From NCBI GenBank assembly GCA_965215005.1, contig CBDCCZ010000014.1:169311-233310 (forward strand): DNA of 64,000 bases, read 5' to 3'. Both the position numbers and the translations under genes were made by a program. The DNA comes from Kofleriaceae bacterium (lineage in GTDB: Bacteria; Myxococcota_A; Polyangia; Haliangiales; Haliangiaceae). The notes under the pieces are model-generated. The model worked only from the letters and a program-made list of their open reading frames with translations. It was not told the origin of the DNA and did not search any database. Shown piece after piece: positions 43,374 to 55,033 of this stretch; the first letter of the stretch is position 1; each line of letters starts with the position of its first letter.

Positions 43374-44375
43374 CTACCAGCGAACCGCCACGCCGCCCCA
43401 GGTGAGCCCAGCGCCGAGTCCGCAGTGCAATAGCAGCATGCCGTCGTCGAGGCGACCGGCGCGCACCGCTTCATCGAGAGCCAGCGGGATCGACGCGGAG
43501 CTGGTGTTGCCGAAGCGATCGAGGTTGACGAAGAACCGCGATTTATCGACACGTAGCCGTCGCGCCACTGCGTCGATGATGCGCAGGTTGGCCTGGTGCG
43601 GGATGACGAGGTCGACCTCGCTGGCCTCGAGCTCGCACTTGGCAAGAGCGCGCTCGCAGGCATCGGAGAGGTTGCGCACCGCTTGGCTAAAGATCACCCG
43701 GCCATTCATGCGCAGAACGTGCTGATTCGCGGCCACCGACTCGGCCGACGGCGGATGCAGCGTACCGCCGCCGAGGATGTTCAGATCCGGCCAATACGTC
43801 GAGTCGCCATCGATGTGACTCGCGAGCACGCCGCGCGCAGCGGGGCTCGAGGCAGGCACGTCCTGCTCATCGGCGACGGCCACCACCGCGCCCGCCCCAT
43901 CGCCAAACAAGATGCAGGTGCCGCGGTCCTTCCAATCGAGAAACTTGCTCAGCGCTTCTGCTCCAATGAACAAGATCCGCCGAAACATCCCGCTGCGGAT
44001 CAGCGCGTCGACCACGGTCGTGCCATAGGTGAAGCCCGCGCAAGCAGCTGCCACGTCAAAGGCCGGGCCGCGAATCCCGAGCTTGTGTTGGGTCATGATC
44101 GCGCACGAAGGCATCGGCATGTCGGGCGTGGTGGTGGCGACGACGATACACTCGAGGTCGCTTAGCGCGATGCCCGCCGCCTCACACGCGCGACGTCCTG
44201 CCTCGGCGGCGAGATCACTGGTGGCTTCCCCGCTCTGCAGCACGTGCCGTTGGCGAATGCCGGTGCGCGTGCGAATCCAGTCATCGGAGGTCTCGAGGTA
44301 GCGGGCGATGTCATCGTTGCTGACGACTTTCTCGGGTACCGAGCTGCCCGTCCCCACGAATCGGGTGCGGATCAT
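43374..44375 (-). CDS. fabH: 3-oxoacyl-ACP synthase III
   Basis: AACAGF, LFGDGAGA, PHQANLRII and GNTSSASIP motifs. Confidence 0.95.
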   Translation of the reverse strand: MIRTRFVGTGSSVPEKVVSNDDIARYLETSDDWIRTRTGIRQRHVLQSGEATSDLAAEAGRRACEAAGIALSDLECIVVATTTPDMPMPSCAIMTQHKLGIRGPAFDVAAACAGFTYGTTVVDALIRSGMFRRILFIGAEALSKFLDWKDRGTCILFGDGAGAVVAVADEQDVPASSPAARGVLASHIDGDSTYWPDLNILGGGTLHPPSAESVAANQHVLRMNGRVIFSQAVRNLSDACERALAKCELEASEVDLVIPHQANLRIIDAVARRLRVDKSRFFVNLDRFGNTSSASIPLALDEAVRAGRLDDGMLLLHCGLGAGLTWGGVAVRW

Positions 44376-44602
44376 GTGTGCCTCCGGGTTCGAAGTCGCG
44401 CCGACCGACGGCTCGCGAGCGAACCCAATACGGCGGCAGCCCCGTGGTACTCGCTATCGCCTGTTCTGGCAACGAGTCGCGGTTGGCTTTTTCCCGTGCC
44501 GCAGCGCAGCACCTCGGGCAAGCAGCTGGGAATGCGTTCAGGTGCAGAGCCCGAGCGCCGGTCGCTACGCGGGGCGGCGCGCGAATTGCTAGTATCCCTC
44601 CC

Positions 44603-45469
44603 ATGGCAGCGCGCTCGATTGGCTCGGCAACGGTCTCGTTCGGACTGGTCTCGATCCCGGTCAAGATCTACACCACCACCTCCTCGAGCTCGGCGGTGCG
44701 GTTCAATCTGGTCCACCGCGACACCGGCCAACGGCTCAAGCAACAGTACGTGCTCAGCGACGGTACGCCCGTGGACCGCAGTGACATCGCCAAAGGCTAT
44801 GAGTTTGCCAAAGGGCAATACGTCGTGTTGACCAATGAAGAGGTCAAAGCGCTCGACGCGGTTGCCGATGAAACGGTCGCACTCGTAGAGTTTGTGCCCG
44901 AAGCGACTCTCGACCCCCTGCTCTACGATCGCGCCTACTATCTCGGACCTGACAAGGGCGGCGACCGCGCCTATCACTTGCTGGCCCGCGCCATGCGCGA
45001 GACCGATCTCGTAGGGATTGCGCGCTATGCCGCCCGCGGCAAACAGTACACCGTGGTGCTGCGCCCGTACGAGAGTGGGCTCGTCATGCAGCAGCTTCAC
45101 TACGATGACGAGCTCAAGAGTTTCGAAGAAGTGCCCATTGGCGATGCTCCCGCGATCAATGACAGTGAAGTCGAGCTCGCCAAGCAAATCATCGCGCAGA
45201 TCGCCCACGACACCTACGATGCGAGCCAGTACCACGATGAGGTCAAGGAGCGGGTTCTGGCGTTGATTCAACAGAAGGTTGAGGGCGAAGAGATCACTGC
45301 CACCGCCGATGCACCGGCAGGTCAGGTGATCGACTTGATGGAGGCGCTCAAGGCAAGTCTTGGCGCCAGCGCCGCTCCTGCCGCAGAGCCGCAAGCGCGC
45401 AAACCAGCCAAGCAGGCACCGACCAGCGCCAAGAGCAAGTCGACCAGCCGCAAGCGCAAAACTAGCTGA
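44603..45469 (+). CDS. ku: Non-homologous end joining protein Ku
   Basis: SFGLVSIPVK, IAKGYE, YYLGP and VIDLMEALKASL motifs with a basic C-terminal tail. Confidence 0.95.
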   Translation: MAARSIGSATVSFGLVSIPVKIYTTTSSSSAVRFNLVHRDTGQRLKQQYVLSDGTPVDRSDIAKGYEFAKGQYVVLTNEEVKALDAVADETVALVEFVPEATLDPLLYDRAYYLGPDKGGDRAYHLLARAMRETDLVGIARYAARGKQYTVVLRPYESGLVMQQLHYDDELKSFEEVPIGDAPAINDSEVELAKQIIAQIAHDTYDASQYHDEVKERVLALIQQKVEGEEITATADAPAGQVIDLMEALKASLGASAAPAAEPQARKPAKQAPTSAKSKSTSRKRKTS

Positions 45470-45522
45470 GCGGGCCGGCGCGCTTCGGTGTGCGGCGGCC
45501 AGCTATCGGTCGAAAGGAAGCC

Positions 45523-46083
45523 ATGTCCATCACTATCTTGGGAATCGCTGGCAGTCTTCGACGCGCGTCCTACAATGCGGCACTACTGCGCGCCGCCGCT
45601 GAGCTGGCGCCTGACGGAGTCGCGGTGGAGCTCGAGTCCGTTCGTGGGATTCCGCTCTACGACGCCGATGTCGAGGCCGATAGTGGCATTCCGGCGCGGG
45701 TCGTCGAGCTCAAAGAGCGAATCGCCGCCGCCGATGGCCTGCTCTTGGTGACGCCCGAGTACAACAACTCGATGCCCGGGGTCTTCAAGAACGCCATCGA
45801 TTGGCTGTCGCGTCCCCCCAAGGACATCGCGCGCGTCTTCGGCGATCGGCCGGTTGCGCTGCTGGGGGCCACGCCGGGCCGCGGCGGTACGCGCCTTGCG
45901 CAAGAGGCATGGCTGCCGGTGCTGCGCACCCTCGGGACCCGACCGTGGTTCGGGCAACAGCTTTACGTCGCCGGCGCCGGCGATGCGTTCGACAGCAATG
46001 GCGCGCTCGTGGACCCCACGATCCGCAAGCTCTTGAGCTCTTATATTCAGGGCTTCAGCGACGCGGTGCAAAGCGGTCGCTGA
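45523..46083 (+). CDS. NADPH-dependent FMN reductase
   Basis: GSLRRASYN and TPEYNNSMPGVFKNAIDWLSR motifs. Confidence 0.93.
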   Translation: MSITILGIAGSLRRASYNAALLRAAAELAPDGVAVELESVRGIPLYDADVEADSGIPARVVELKERIAAADGLLLVTPEYNNSMPGVFKNAIDWLSRPPKDIARVFGDRPVALLGATPGRGGTRLAQEAWLPVLRTLGTRPWFGQQLYVAGAGDAFDSNGALVDPTIRKLLSSYIQGFSDAVQSGR

Positions 46084-46103
46084 TACCGGATGCGGACCAG
46101 GCG

Positions 46104-46736
46104 CTACTGCGAGTCGCCTTCGTCCTGCCGCCGGCGGTTGCGCGCCCGCCGCAGCTTGATTAGGCGATAGACGTAGAAGATGGCCATGACGCCGAGGATC
46201 CCCCACGTGACCGGCCCGAGATACGTCGCGACCTCGGTGTACTTGCGCCCCAACGCATAGCCGAGCCAGGTCAATGCTCCGGTCCAAACGGTGGTGCCGA
46301 TCGCCGAATACAAAAGATATTGCGCGAGCGGCATCTTGCAGAATCCCGCGGGAACCGACACGAACGTCCGGATCGCCGGCACCAGCCGACCGAACAACAC
46401 CACCAGCCTGCCGCGGCGCCCGAACCACGACGAGGCCCGATTGATGTCTTTGGGCTCGACGGTGAGCCAGTGCCCGTGCTCGCCGACCCAGGAGCAAAGC
46501 CGCTCTTCCCCGATCCATCGCGCCGCGTAGTACCAGGGCAGCGTGCCGATAATGGTGCCCACGGTGCCGACCGCGATGGCGATCCAGACGTTGAGCTCGC
46601 CATTGGCCGCCGTGTACCCCGCCAGCGGCATCACGATCTCCGATGGAATGGGCGGGAAGATGTTTTCGAGCGCCATCAGCAACGCGACGCCCGCGTACCC
46701 CATGGAGCTGACGATATCGGTGACCCAGCTATCCAC
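46104..46736 (-). CDS. DedA family membrane protein
   Basis: ENIFPPIPSE and FGRLVPAIRTFVSVPAG motifs. Start approximate. Confidence 0.9.
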   Translation of the reverse strand: MDSWVTDIVSSMGYAGVALLMALENIFPPIPSEIVMPLAGYTAANGELNVWIAIAVGTVGTIIGTLPWYYAARWIGEERLCSWVGEHGHWLTVEPKDINRASSWFGRRGRLVVLFGRLVPAIRTFVSVPAGFCKMPLAQYLLYSAIGTTVWTGALTWLGYALGRKYTEVATYLGPVTWGILGVMAIFYVYRLIKLRRARNRRRQDEGDSQ

Positions 46737-46904
46737 GAGCGACGGCGTGTGCAAGCACGGTACCGGCGGTCTGGGAAGGACGGCGCGCTCAGAAGGTTTC
46801 GCGTGGGGCGAAGGCGCACGCACGGGCGAAGGCGCCCGGTTGGGTCGCAGCGCGTCCAGCGCCCCAGGGTGAGCAGCCGGCGCTCCCGCTGGCTCCGACA
46901 GCGG

Positions 46905-47384
46905 ATGTCATACCGAGGCTCTAGCGTGAGCAGGGTGGGCACCCTTCTCGAGCTCTTTCGCAGCGACGTCGACGCCGAAGACTGGTTCGAGCGCGCTCTC
47001 CAATGGGAGCAATCCGCGCCGCAGCGGGCCATCAAGCTGTATCAGCGAGCGCTGCAGAAGGAGCCTCGCCATGCCGCGGCTTGGGCCAACCTCGGTCGAC
47101 TGCTTCATGAAGAGGGCGATCTAAGCGCAGCAGAGTCTTGCTATCGGCTGGCGAGCCTGTCCGATCCTGCCGAAGCCACCTACTGGTTCAATCTCGGCGT
47201 CGTGCTCCAAGACGCGCATCGCCTCGCCGAAGCCGCGCAGGCCTACCGCGCCGCGCTCGCGCGCGACTCGCTGCTCACAGATGCCTATTACAACCTCGCC
47301 GGCGTCTATGAGGCACTCGGGGATGAATGCGCCGCGGTGCGCTGCTTGGCAGCGTTTCGCCGGCTGGTTCGCTGCGCCGGCTGA
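46905..47384 (+). CDS. Tetratricopeptide repeat protein
   Basis: About four TPRs (AWANLG, YWFNLG, AYYNLA). Confidence 0.85.
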   Translation: MSYRGSSVSRVGTLLELFRSDVDAEDWFERALQWEQSAPQRAIKLYQRALQKEPRHAAAWANLGRLLHEEGDLSAAESCYRLASLSDPAEATYWFNLGVVLQDAHRLAEAAQAYRAALARDSLLTDAYYNLAGVYEALGDECAAVRCLAAFRRLVRCAG

Positions 47385-47524
47385 TCAGCACCTGCGCCAT
47401 TTGCACGTTGCGGTGAAGCGGGCGGTTCACGGCGGGCATGCCCGCGCGCATCAGCGGGGTGCGCTTCGGGCAAACGCTGCTTCGATGAACGTCGCGCGTT
47501 ACAGCCGCGGCGAGTGCGCTAGGC

Positions 47525-48523
47525 TTGCCGATCCCCGCGCTAGCCGCCGCTCGACCAGTGTCCGCCCCTCCCGATGACATACAGCGCCGTGGCGCCGGCC
47601 TCGCGGCAGTGGTTCTCGCGACGATGGCGTTCAGCTGGGGCTTCATCATCGTCAAGTCGCTGCCCTATCCTGCGGCCGTCGTTGGTTTCTATCGTCTCGC
47701 GCTCGGCGCCGGCGTGCTGTCCACCGTCGCGCTGATTTGGCGCGTTCCGTGGCCGCGAGCACGCGGGCCGCTCATCGGCGCGGGCCTGGCATTCGGCGCC
47801 CATCAACTGCTGTTCATCGCCGCCACCCAGCGAACCGCAATCGCCATCGTCACCCTCATCGGCGCCACGCAGCCGCTGCTCGTCGCGCTCATCAGCCGGC
47901 GGACATTGGGGGAGCGGGTCTCGCGCGCCGTTTACGCGTGCGCGGTGTTGGCAGTGGCTGGGGTCGGACTCGTGGTCGCCGGTAGCGCCGGTGACGACAG
48001 CCGCACACTGCTGGGAGATCTGTTTGCGGTCGCCAACGTGCTCGTCTTCACCAGTTACTTCCTGCTCGCCAAGCGCGCCCGTCTCAGCGGCGCGCCAACC
48101 CTCACCTTCACCGCGGGATTCCTCGCGATCGCGCTGCTCCCGGTCGGCATCGCGATGCTGCTCGTCGGGCCGGTCATGCCCAATGCTCCCTCGCTTGCGC
48201 TGTTGTTGTTGCTGGCGATGGGGCCCGGCAATGGCCACTTACTCATCAACTGGGCCCACGCCCGGGTGAGCGCCGCGCTCAGCTCCATCGTGCTGGCGCT
48301 GGTTCCGGTGCTGGCCAGCATTTGGGCTCATCTGGTGTTGGGCGAGCCCTACACGTGGTACCACGCGGCCGGCATGAGCCTCACGCTGGTCGCCATCGAG
48401 GTCGGACGTCGCGCCGAGCGCCGCAGTCGGAGCGCACCAACGTCGCTTGCCGGAGCAACCTCAGCGTCGACCCGCGCACCGCTGGCTCCTCCAGAGGCGC
48501 AAAAACCCCCGCGCGAGTCGTGA
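47525..48523 (+). CDS. DMT/EamA family transporter
   Basis: About 10 TM helices in two EamA repeats (LGERV, LGEP). Confidence 0.85.
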   Translation: MPIPALAAARPVSAPPDDIQRRGAGLAAVVLATMAFSWGFIIVKSLPYPAAVVGFYRLALGAGVLSTVALIWRVPWPRARGPLIGAGLAFGAHQLLFIAATQRTAIAIVTLIGATQPLLVALISRRTLGERVSRAVYACAVLAVAGVGLVVAGSAGDDSRTLLGDLFAVANVLVFTSYFLLAKRARLSGAPTLTFTAGFLAIALLPVGIAMLLVGPVMPNAPSLALLLLLAMGPGNGHLLINWAHARVSAALSSIVLALVPVLASIWAHLVLGEPYTWYHAAGMSLTLVAIEVGRRAERRSRSAPTSLAGATSASTRAPLAPPEAQKPPRES

Positions 48524-48557
48524 AGGACTCCCCGATGACCTCTATCATCGACCGCGC

Positions 48558-49963
<1,406 letters not shown>

Positions 49964-49967
<4 letters not shown>

Positions 49968-50929
49968 ATCATAGCGCGGCGCGCCACCAGCTCGAACGCG
50001 AGCTCGAGTGCAGCGATGAAGCTGTCGGGCCGCGCAAGGCCCTTGCCGGCGATGTCGTAGGCGGTGCCGTGATCGGGGGAGGTGCGGATGATCGGCAGCC
50101 CCAGCGTCACATTCACCGCCCGCTCGAAGTCGACGAGCTTGACCGGAATGAGCGCTTGGTCGTGATACATCGCGATCAGCACGTCATACGCACCGCCAAC
50201 GGCGTCGCGAAAGGCGGCATCCGGCACCAGCGGCCCCGTCAACGACACTGCCTCGCCCAAGAGCTGCCGCGCGCTGGCGATGGCCGGTCCGATGACGTCG
50301 AGCTCTTCGCGGCCAAACAGCCCGCCTTCTCCGGCGTGTGGGTTGAGCCCCACGACTCCGACGCGCGGCCTCGGCACGGCGAAGTCGCGTTGCATCGTCG
50401 TCGCCGCAAGCCGTATCACCTCGACGAGACGTCGCGGGCACAACTCGGCTGCAACGTGGGCCAAGGCCACATGCACCGTCGCGAGCACCACCCGCAGCGA
50501 AGGGCCCGCAAACATCATCGCCACCGCCGGCGCCTGCAGCCGCTCGGCGAGCAGCTCGGTATGGCCGGGAAACGCAAATCCCGCCGCGCGCGCCTGCGTC
50601 TTCGATATCGGCGCCGTGACCAAGCCGGCTATTTCGCCGCGCCGTGCCGCCGCGATGGCCGCTTCGAGATACGCCACCTGCGCCGCGCCGCCCGCGGTCG
50701 TCGGGTGGCCGGCGACGATGTCACTGCCGCCGAGCACTCCGCGGTCGTCGATGCGCACCTCGGGCGGCACACCTCCCAGCGGTCGACACGCCGCAGCAAG
50801 TATCGGCGCGTCGGCGAACACCCTCAGCGAGGACCTTTTCCGTGCATCGAGTCGAGCCAGCGCCGCAGCGATGATTTCTGGGCCAACGCCAGCGGGATCG
50901 CCAAGCGTGATTCCAATGACTCCGCTCAT
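49964..50929 (-). CDS. pdxA: 4-hydroxythreonine-4-phosphate dehydrogenase
   Basis: [25 protein letters not shown] and RTSPDHGTA motifs. Confidence 0.96.
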
Positions 50930-51123
50930 GGCTCGCCATCATCGACCACTCCTGCCGGCTAGGCCACCTCATCGTGATGAGCGTCGCGCTCTTGAATACC
51001 GACCTGCGACGCCGGCAGAAGCGAAATCCAGCCGCTAAACACGCCTACATCAGCGAATCGGCAGCGGCCGCATTACCTACCTTGCGTCTGTAGCGCTTGC
51101 AGGTCATCCCTTATTAAGGACGT

Positions 51124-52002
51124 ATGATTGCGCGGGCTCTCGCCACCTCGGGCGTCGCTGCGATGTTGCTCTGCGGCAGCGCCTGCGGCGGCTCCAATAC
51201 CGGCCTCCGGGAGGCGCCAGGCGACACGGCGGCGCTCTTAGGCCCCCCCGAAGACTTCATCGGCGCCCGCCCGTTTTTCCTTCCCGGCGAGCGCATGAGC
51301 TTTGAGCTGTCGCTGCGGGGCGTTGTTGCAGGCGAGGCGATCATCTCCGTCGGCGACCCCGGTCAGCTCGACGACAAGAACGTCATCATCGTGCGGTCTC
51401 GCTCGCAGAGCGTTGGCGTCGGCAAGCTGTTCAAAGAGGTCCACGATGAGGTGACCACCTGGGTCGACCTCGATACCGCGTTGCCCATTCGCCACGAAGC
51501 CGACCTCGTCTTCGGTGCCAAGCACGTGGTCGTTTCCACCAAATTCGGCACCGGTCCCTTCGTGCTCGAGTACCAAAAGAACGACGAAGCAGAGCGCCGC
51601 GTGCGCCAGACCCTGCCGCCCGAGCTGCACGCCTACGATGGCCACGCCGCGCTCGGCGCACTGCGCGCGTGGGAGCCCGAAGCCAGCGGCGCCCGCGGCT
51701 TTTTATACGCATTGAGCGGACGCCGGTTGTGGAAGAGCACCGTTCGCTTCGTTGCCCGTGAAGAAGTTCGCACCCAGCTCGGCGTCTTTCCCGCCTTGCG
51801 CTTCGAAGGCCTCGCCTGGCGGCTCGAGCGCGACGGCCGCATTGATCGAAAACATCGCCCCCGCCGCTGGTCCCTCTGGATGAGCGACGACCTCGACCGC
51901 TTACCCCTGCTGGTCGTCTCGACCAGCCGCTTTGGCGAAGTCACCGCCGAGCTCACCGACTACGTCCGCCCCGACGACGCCCCCGCCATCGTCCACCGCT
52001 AA
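51124..52002 (+). CDS. DUF3108-like lipoprotein
   Basis: Lipobox GSAC; PGERMSFEL, EEVRTQLGVF and WMSDDLDRLP pattern. Confidence 0.65.
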   Translation: MIARALATSGVAAMLLCGSACGGSNTGLREAPGDTAALLGPPEDFIGARPFFLPGERMSFELSLRGVVAGEAIISVGDPGQLDDKNVIIVRSRSQSVGVGKLFKEVHDEVTTWVDLDTALPIRHEADLVFGAKHVVVSTKFGTGPFVLEYQKNDEAERRVRQTLPPELHAYDGHAALGALRAWEPEASGARGFLYALSGRRLWKSTVRFVAREEVRTQLGVFPALRFEGLAWRLERDGRIDRKHRPRRWSLWMSDDLDRLPLLVVSTSRFGEVTAELTDYVRPDDAPAIVHR

Positions 52003-52777
52003 CAGCGCCAGCGCCGATGGCCTCGGCGCCCATCCGCCGCTGCCGAAATGGTGTCATTCGCCAAGCGAGTCGTAGACCACACGTGTTAGCGAAGCGACCA
52101 TCATGTAAAAGGCGCTGATTGGCAGCCTGTAGCATTGTCGACTGCGCTCGTTTCCCACCGCAGCAAACAGACACCGCGTCGCAATCCCTTAGCGACCGTT
52201 CGTGTCAGAGCGGTTAAGGAGCTCGCAGGCACGCAGTCGCACCGGACGAGCTGGCGACTCGACGGGCGTCATATGGCACCGATTCGACCACAACGCGGGC
52301 CCGAGCTGCGGGGCAGCGTCTCGGCCTCGACGTTCCACCGTATTCAATTCGCCGAATCACAGGCTAATGCGCTGCGAGCTGACGCGCGCTGGCATCGCGC
52401 CCTCGCCGTCTCTCTCAGGACACTTTGTGCCGAGTCAGACACGGAGCTCGGGACCGTGCGCGCGAGCGACATAGCCAGCGCTCGAGCCTCGCTACGCCAT
52501 AGCTGCGCGTGACGTCGCGCAGGCGGGCGGAAGCGCTGCGTGCTCAGCTCACGCAATGTGGCGGCAAGCTCGCCGTGCTGCGGCTCAGCGGCGAGTAATG
52601 GGGCCAAGAATCTGGCTACCAAACCGCGCGGGCACCGCGCCGTGATCCTTCGGCGCGGTGCTCGGAACGAATGCGCACCGTCGCCCTGCAACGGCCAAAC
52701 GGGACGTCAGGTCTCCCGCAGGCTACTTCACCGAATTAGACCGGCCCTCCGACCGGCCCCAAGGTCTTCGCCGCGCC

Positions 52778-53750
52778 TCACTTCTCGCCTTCCACCTTCG
52801 GAGCTCGATACTTGGTGAACGCTGCGTCCATGCGCGCCAGTTGCCCGCCAGAGAACATGTCCATGCAGTCGTCGTCCGTGTAATCCATGAAGTTGTGGAT
52901 TGGATCGAGACCCTCCTTCTTGGGGCAGCTGTTCCGGTCGACGGGGCAACCATACGCCGGAGATGCTTCGGCGGGCGTGTCCTTGACTTCGTCGAGGTCG
53001 GCGCACCCGCCTTGGAAGGTGTGATAGAGGCCGAGCCAGTGGCCGACCTCATGCGTGCCGGTGTCGCCCTCGCTGAAGGGACCATCCGAGCCCCCTGGAA
53101 GCGAGTCGTGTCGCAACACTACGCCATCTTGCTTGGGCTTCTTGACGCGGACCTCGGGCCAGGTAGCCCATCCCAAGAGTCCTTGGCCGGGATTGGCGGT
53201 ATAGATGTTGAGCGCCTTGGGTCCACCTTTGTGAAGCGCCTTCTTGGCGGCGATTTCTGCAGCGCTTTCGGGCAGCATTGTGAACCAGTCGTTGTTCGTC
53301 GTCCGATCGACTTCTTTCAACTCGAAGCGGGAAGGGCGTGTTGGCGGCTCCCTTGCCAGTAGCGCCGCTGAAGCTCGAGTTGAGGACGGCGATCTGGTCG
53401 TCGATCTCCTGGCGCGTGACATTGCCGAGGATCTGCTTCTCGCCCGGTGTCTTGCCCGCCTTCTCACCTTGGATGATATGGAAGTAGACCGGAATGGTGA
53501 CCGAGCCCGGAGCGCTGGCGTCGGTGAGCGGATCGCCAGCCACGCCGCTGATCCCGAACCCCTTGACCCCGATCAAGTCTCGTTCGGCGGCCGCGATGTC
53601 AGCGCGGCTGGGCGCTTTAGTGCCGCAGATGCGGGTGCCCCGTGCTTCGGCGGAACCCAGCTCATCGGGTGCCACGTCGGGAAGAGTGCAGCCCGTACCG
53701 CCCGCCAAAGCGAACACAGTACCAAGAAGAACCAACACCTTCGTTTCCAT
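52778..53750 (-). pseudogene. M43 (pappalysin/ulilysin-like) zinc metalloprotease with one frameshift
   Basis: The N-terminal frame has a signal peptide, the RICGT Cys-switch and IPVYFHII. The C-terminal frame has HEVGHWLGLYHTF and NFMDY. Removing one base of GGG at 53329-53331 restores ANTPFRFEL. Confidence 0.85.
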
Positions 53751-53997
53751 ACGACTACCTGCCTTTTCAAGAACGGCACACGTCCGCGGTTGCGACTGAG
53801 GCACCACCGCGCTCGTGTTCTGAATGGCGGCTCCTCCCGGCCACGAGTCCGCACGCTATATACCTGTTGTCTACCGTAGCGTCCCCGACCCCTTGGCCGA
53901 CCTTATTTGTCACTTAGGACTCGTGCAGCAACCTGCTGTTCAAGGCGGCCAGGAACCGGCGTGGCAAGAAACGCAGAATCGAATAAAGATAGTCAAC

Positions 53998-54226
53998 AAA
54001 GCAGCCAGACCTAAGGCCCAAGGCAGAAACAAAACAGTCAAACAGTCCGACCTACGAACAAAATAGCCAACACAGCAAGCAACCTAAAAGCAGCCAGACC
54101 TAAAGCAGCCAAAGCAGCCAGACCTAAGGTCGGTGAAAAGCAGCCAGACCTAAGGTCGGCAAAGCAAGCGCTAAAGCAGCCAGACCTAAAGCAGCCAGAC
54201 CTAAAGCAGCCAGACCTAAGGTCGGC
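53998..54226. repeat. A-rich array of the 15-bp unit AAAGCAGCCAGACCT (7 copies) with GACCTAAGGTC palindromes
   Basis: Units at 53998, 54087, 54111, 54137, 54173, 54188 and 54203. Confidence 0.9.
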
Positions 54227-54228
54227 AA

Positions 54229-54505
54229 GTAAGCGCTCGACAGTGCGCACCTGCTTGAGGCCGTGCGGCTGTGGCAAACGGCAGGCCTGAAACGGGGTGA
54301 ATCAGGAAGAACAGCCGCGGACGGGCTACCCGACGCTTTAGCGCCAGAAGAGAGTGTCACCTGCGGCCTACTTTAGTCACTTGCGGGCCGCGAGTTGGGC
54401 GCGTGGCAGGAGCTCAGCAGCGCGGCTCATCTTCCAGTGATTACCGACTTTGTCGATGATGTCGGCGAGGAAGTCGTAGGGATCGACGCCATCGGGCTGC
54501 TGCTG
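54229..54505 (-). mobile_element. IS66-family remnant (transposase C-terminus and possible right end)
   Basis: GVDPYDFLADII...SRAAELLP (stop at 54377) matches the IS66 C-terminal domain. GTAAGCGCTC at 54229 resembles an IS66 terminus. Confidence 0.65.
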
Positions 54506-54729
54506 AAAGTTCGATGCGCTTGGGTCGATGGATCTCAAGGACTTCCAGAAGCTATCGAGACGACGTTGCACGATGATGCGATCCGGCACCTGGGCATCGC
54601 AGCAAATTGGCAGGAACGGCAGTGAAAGCTCGGCGCGGTCGCTTTTGCTCGAGCGATACTGATCGCGGCTTCAATCGGGTACGGCGGCCGTGATGCGGCT
54701 CTACCTCGAGTTCGGTGGTGAGCGTGAGG

Positions 54730-55033
54730 GTTGGCAAAGACCTCCGGTCGCTCACCGCGCGTTGGCAAAAACCTCCGGTCGCTCGCCGCGCGCACCGCTC
54801 CGGGCTGGCGGCGGACCTGGACTGGCCAAAGACCTCCGGTCGGGGTTGGCTGAGGGTTTGGCAAAGACCTCGGGTCGCTCACCGCGCTTACCGCTCCGGG
54901 CTGGCGGCGGACCTGGGCTGGCCAAAGTCCTCCGGTCAAGGTTGGCCGGGGTTGGCGAAGACCTCCGGTCGCTCACCGCGCTTACCGCTCCGGGCTGGCG
55001 GCGGACCTGGGCTGGCCAAAGTCCTCCGGTCGG
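54730..55033. repeat. Imperfect tandem repeat, about 3 x 94-96 bp plus a partial unit, with 7 GACCTCCGGTC-like cores
   Basis: Cores at 54739, 54770, 54831, 54866, 54927, 54960 and 55021 (spacing 31/61/35/61/33/61). Confidence 0.9.

Noticed and set aside
46320..46904. N-terminal extension of the TPR ORF
   Set aside because: It overlaps dedA on the opposite strand and is Arg-rich shadow sequence; TPR similarity begins after about 46905.
53824..54232. Intact histone-like KAARP-repeat gene
   Set aside because: The repeat units fall in different frames and the final frame has no start codon or RBS.
54730..55033. Possible CRISPR-like array or coding repeats (ORFs 54690-55109 and 54715-55068)
   Set aside because: The intervening sequences are themselves repeated, and unit lengths of 96 and 94 bp do not keep one frame.
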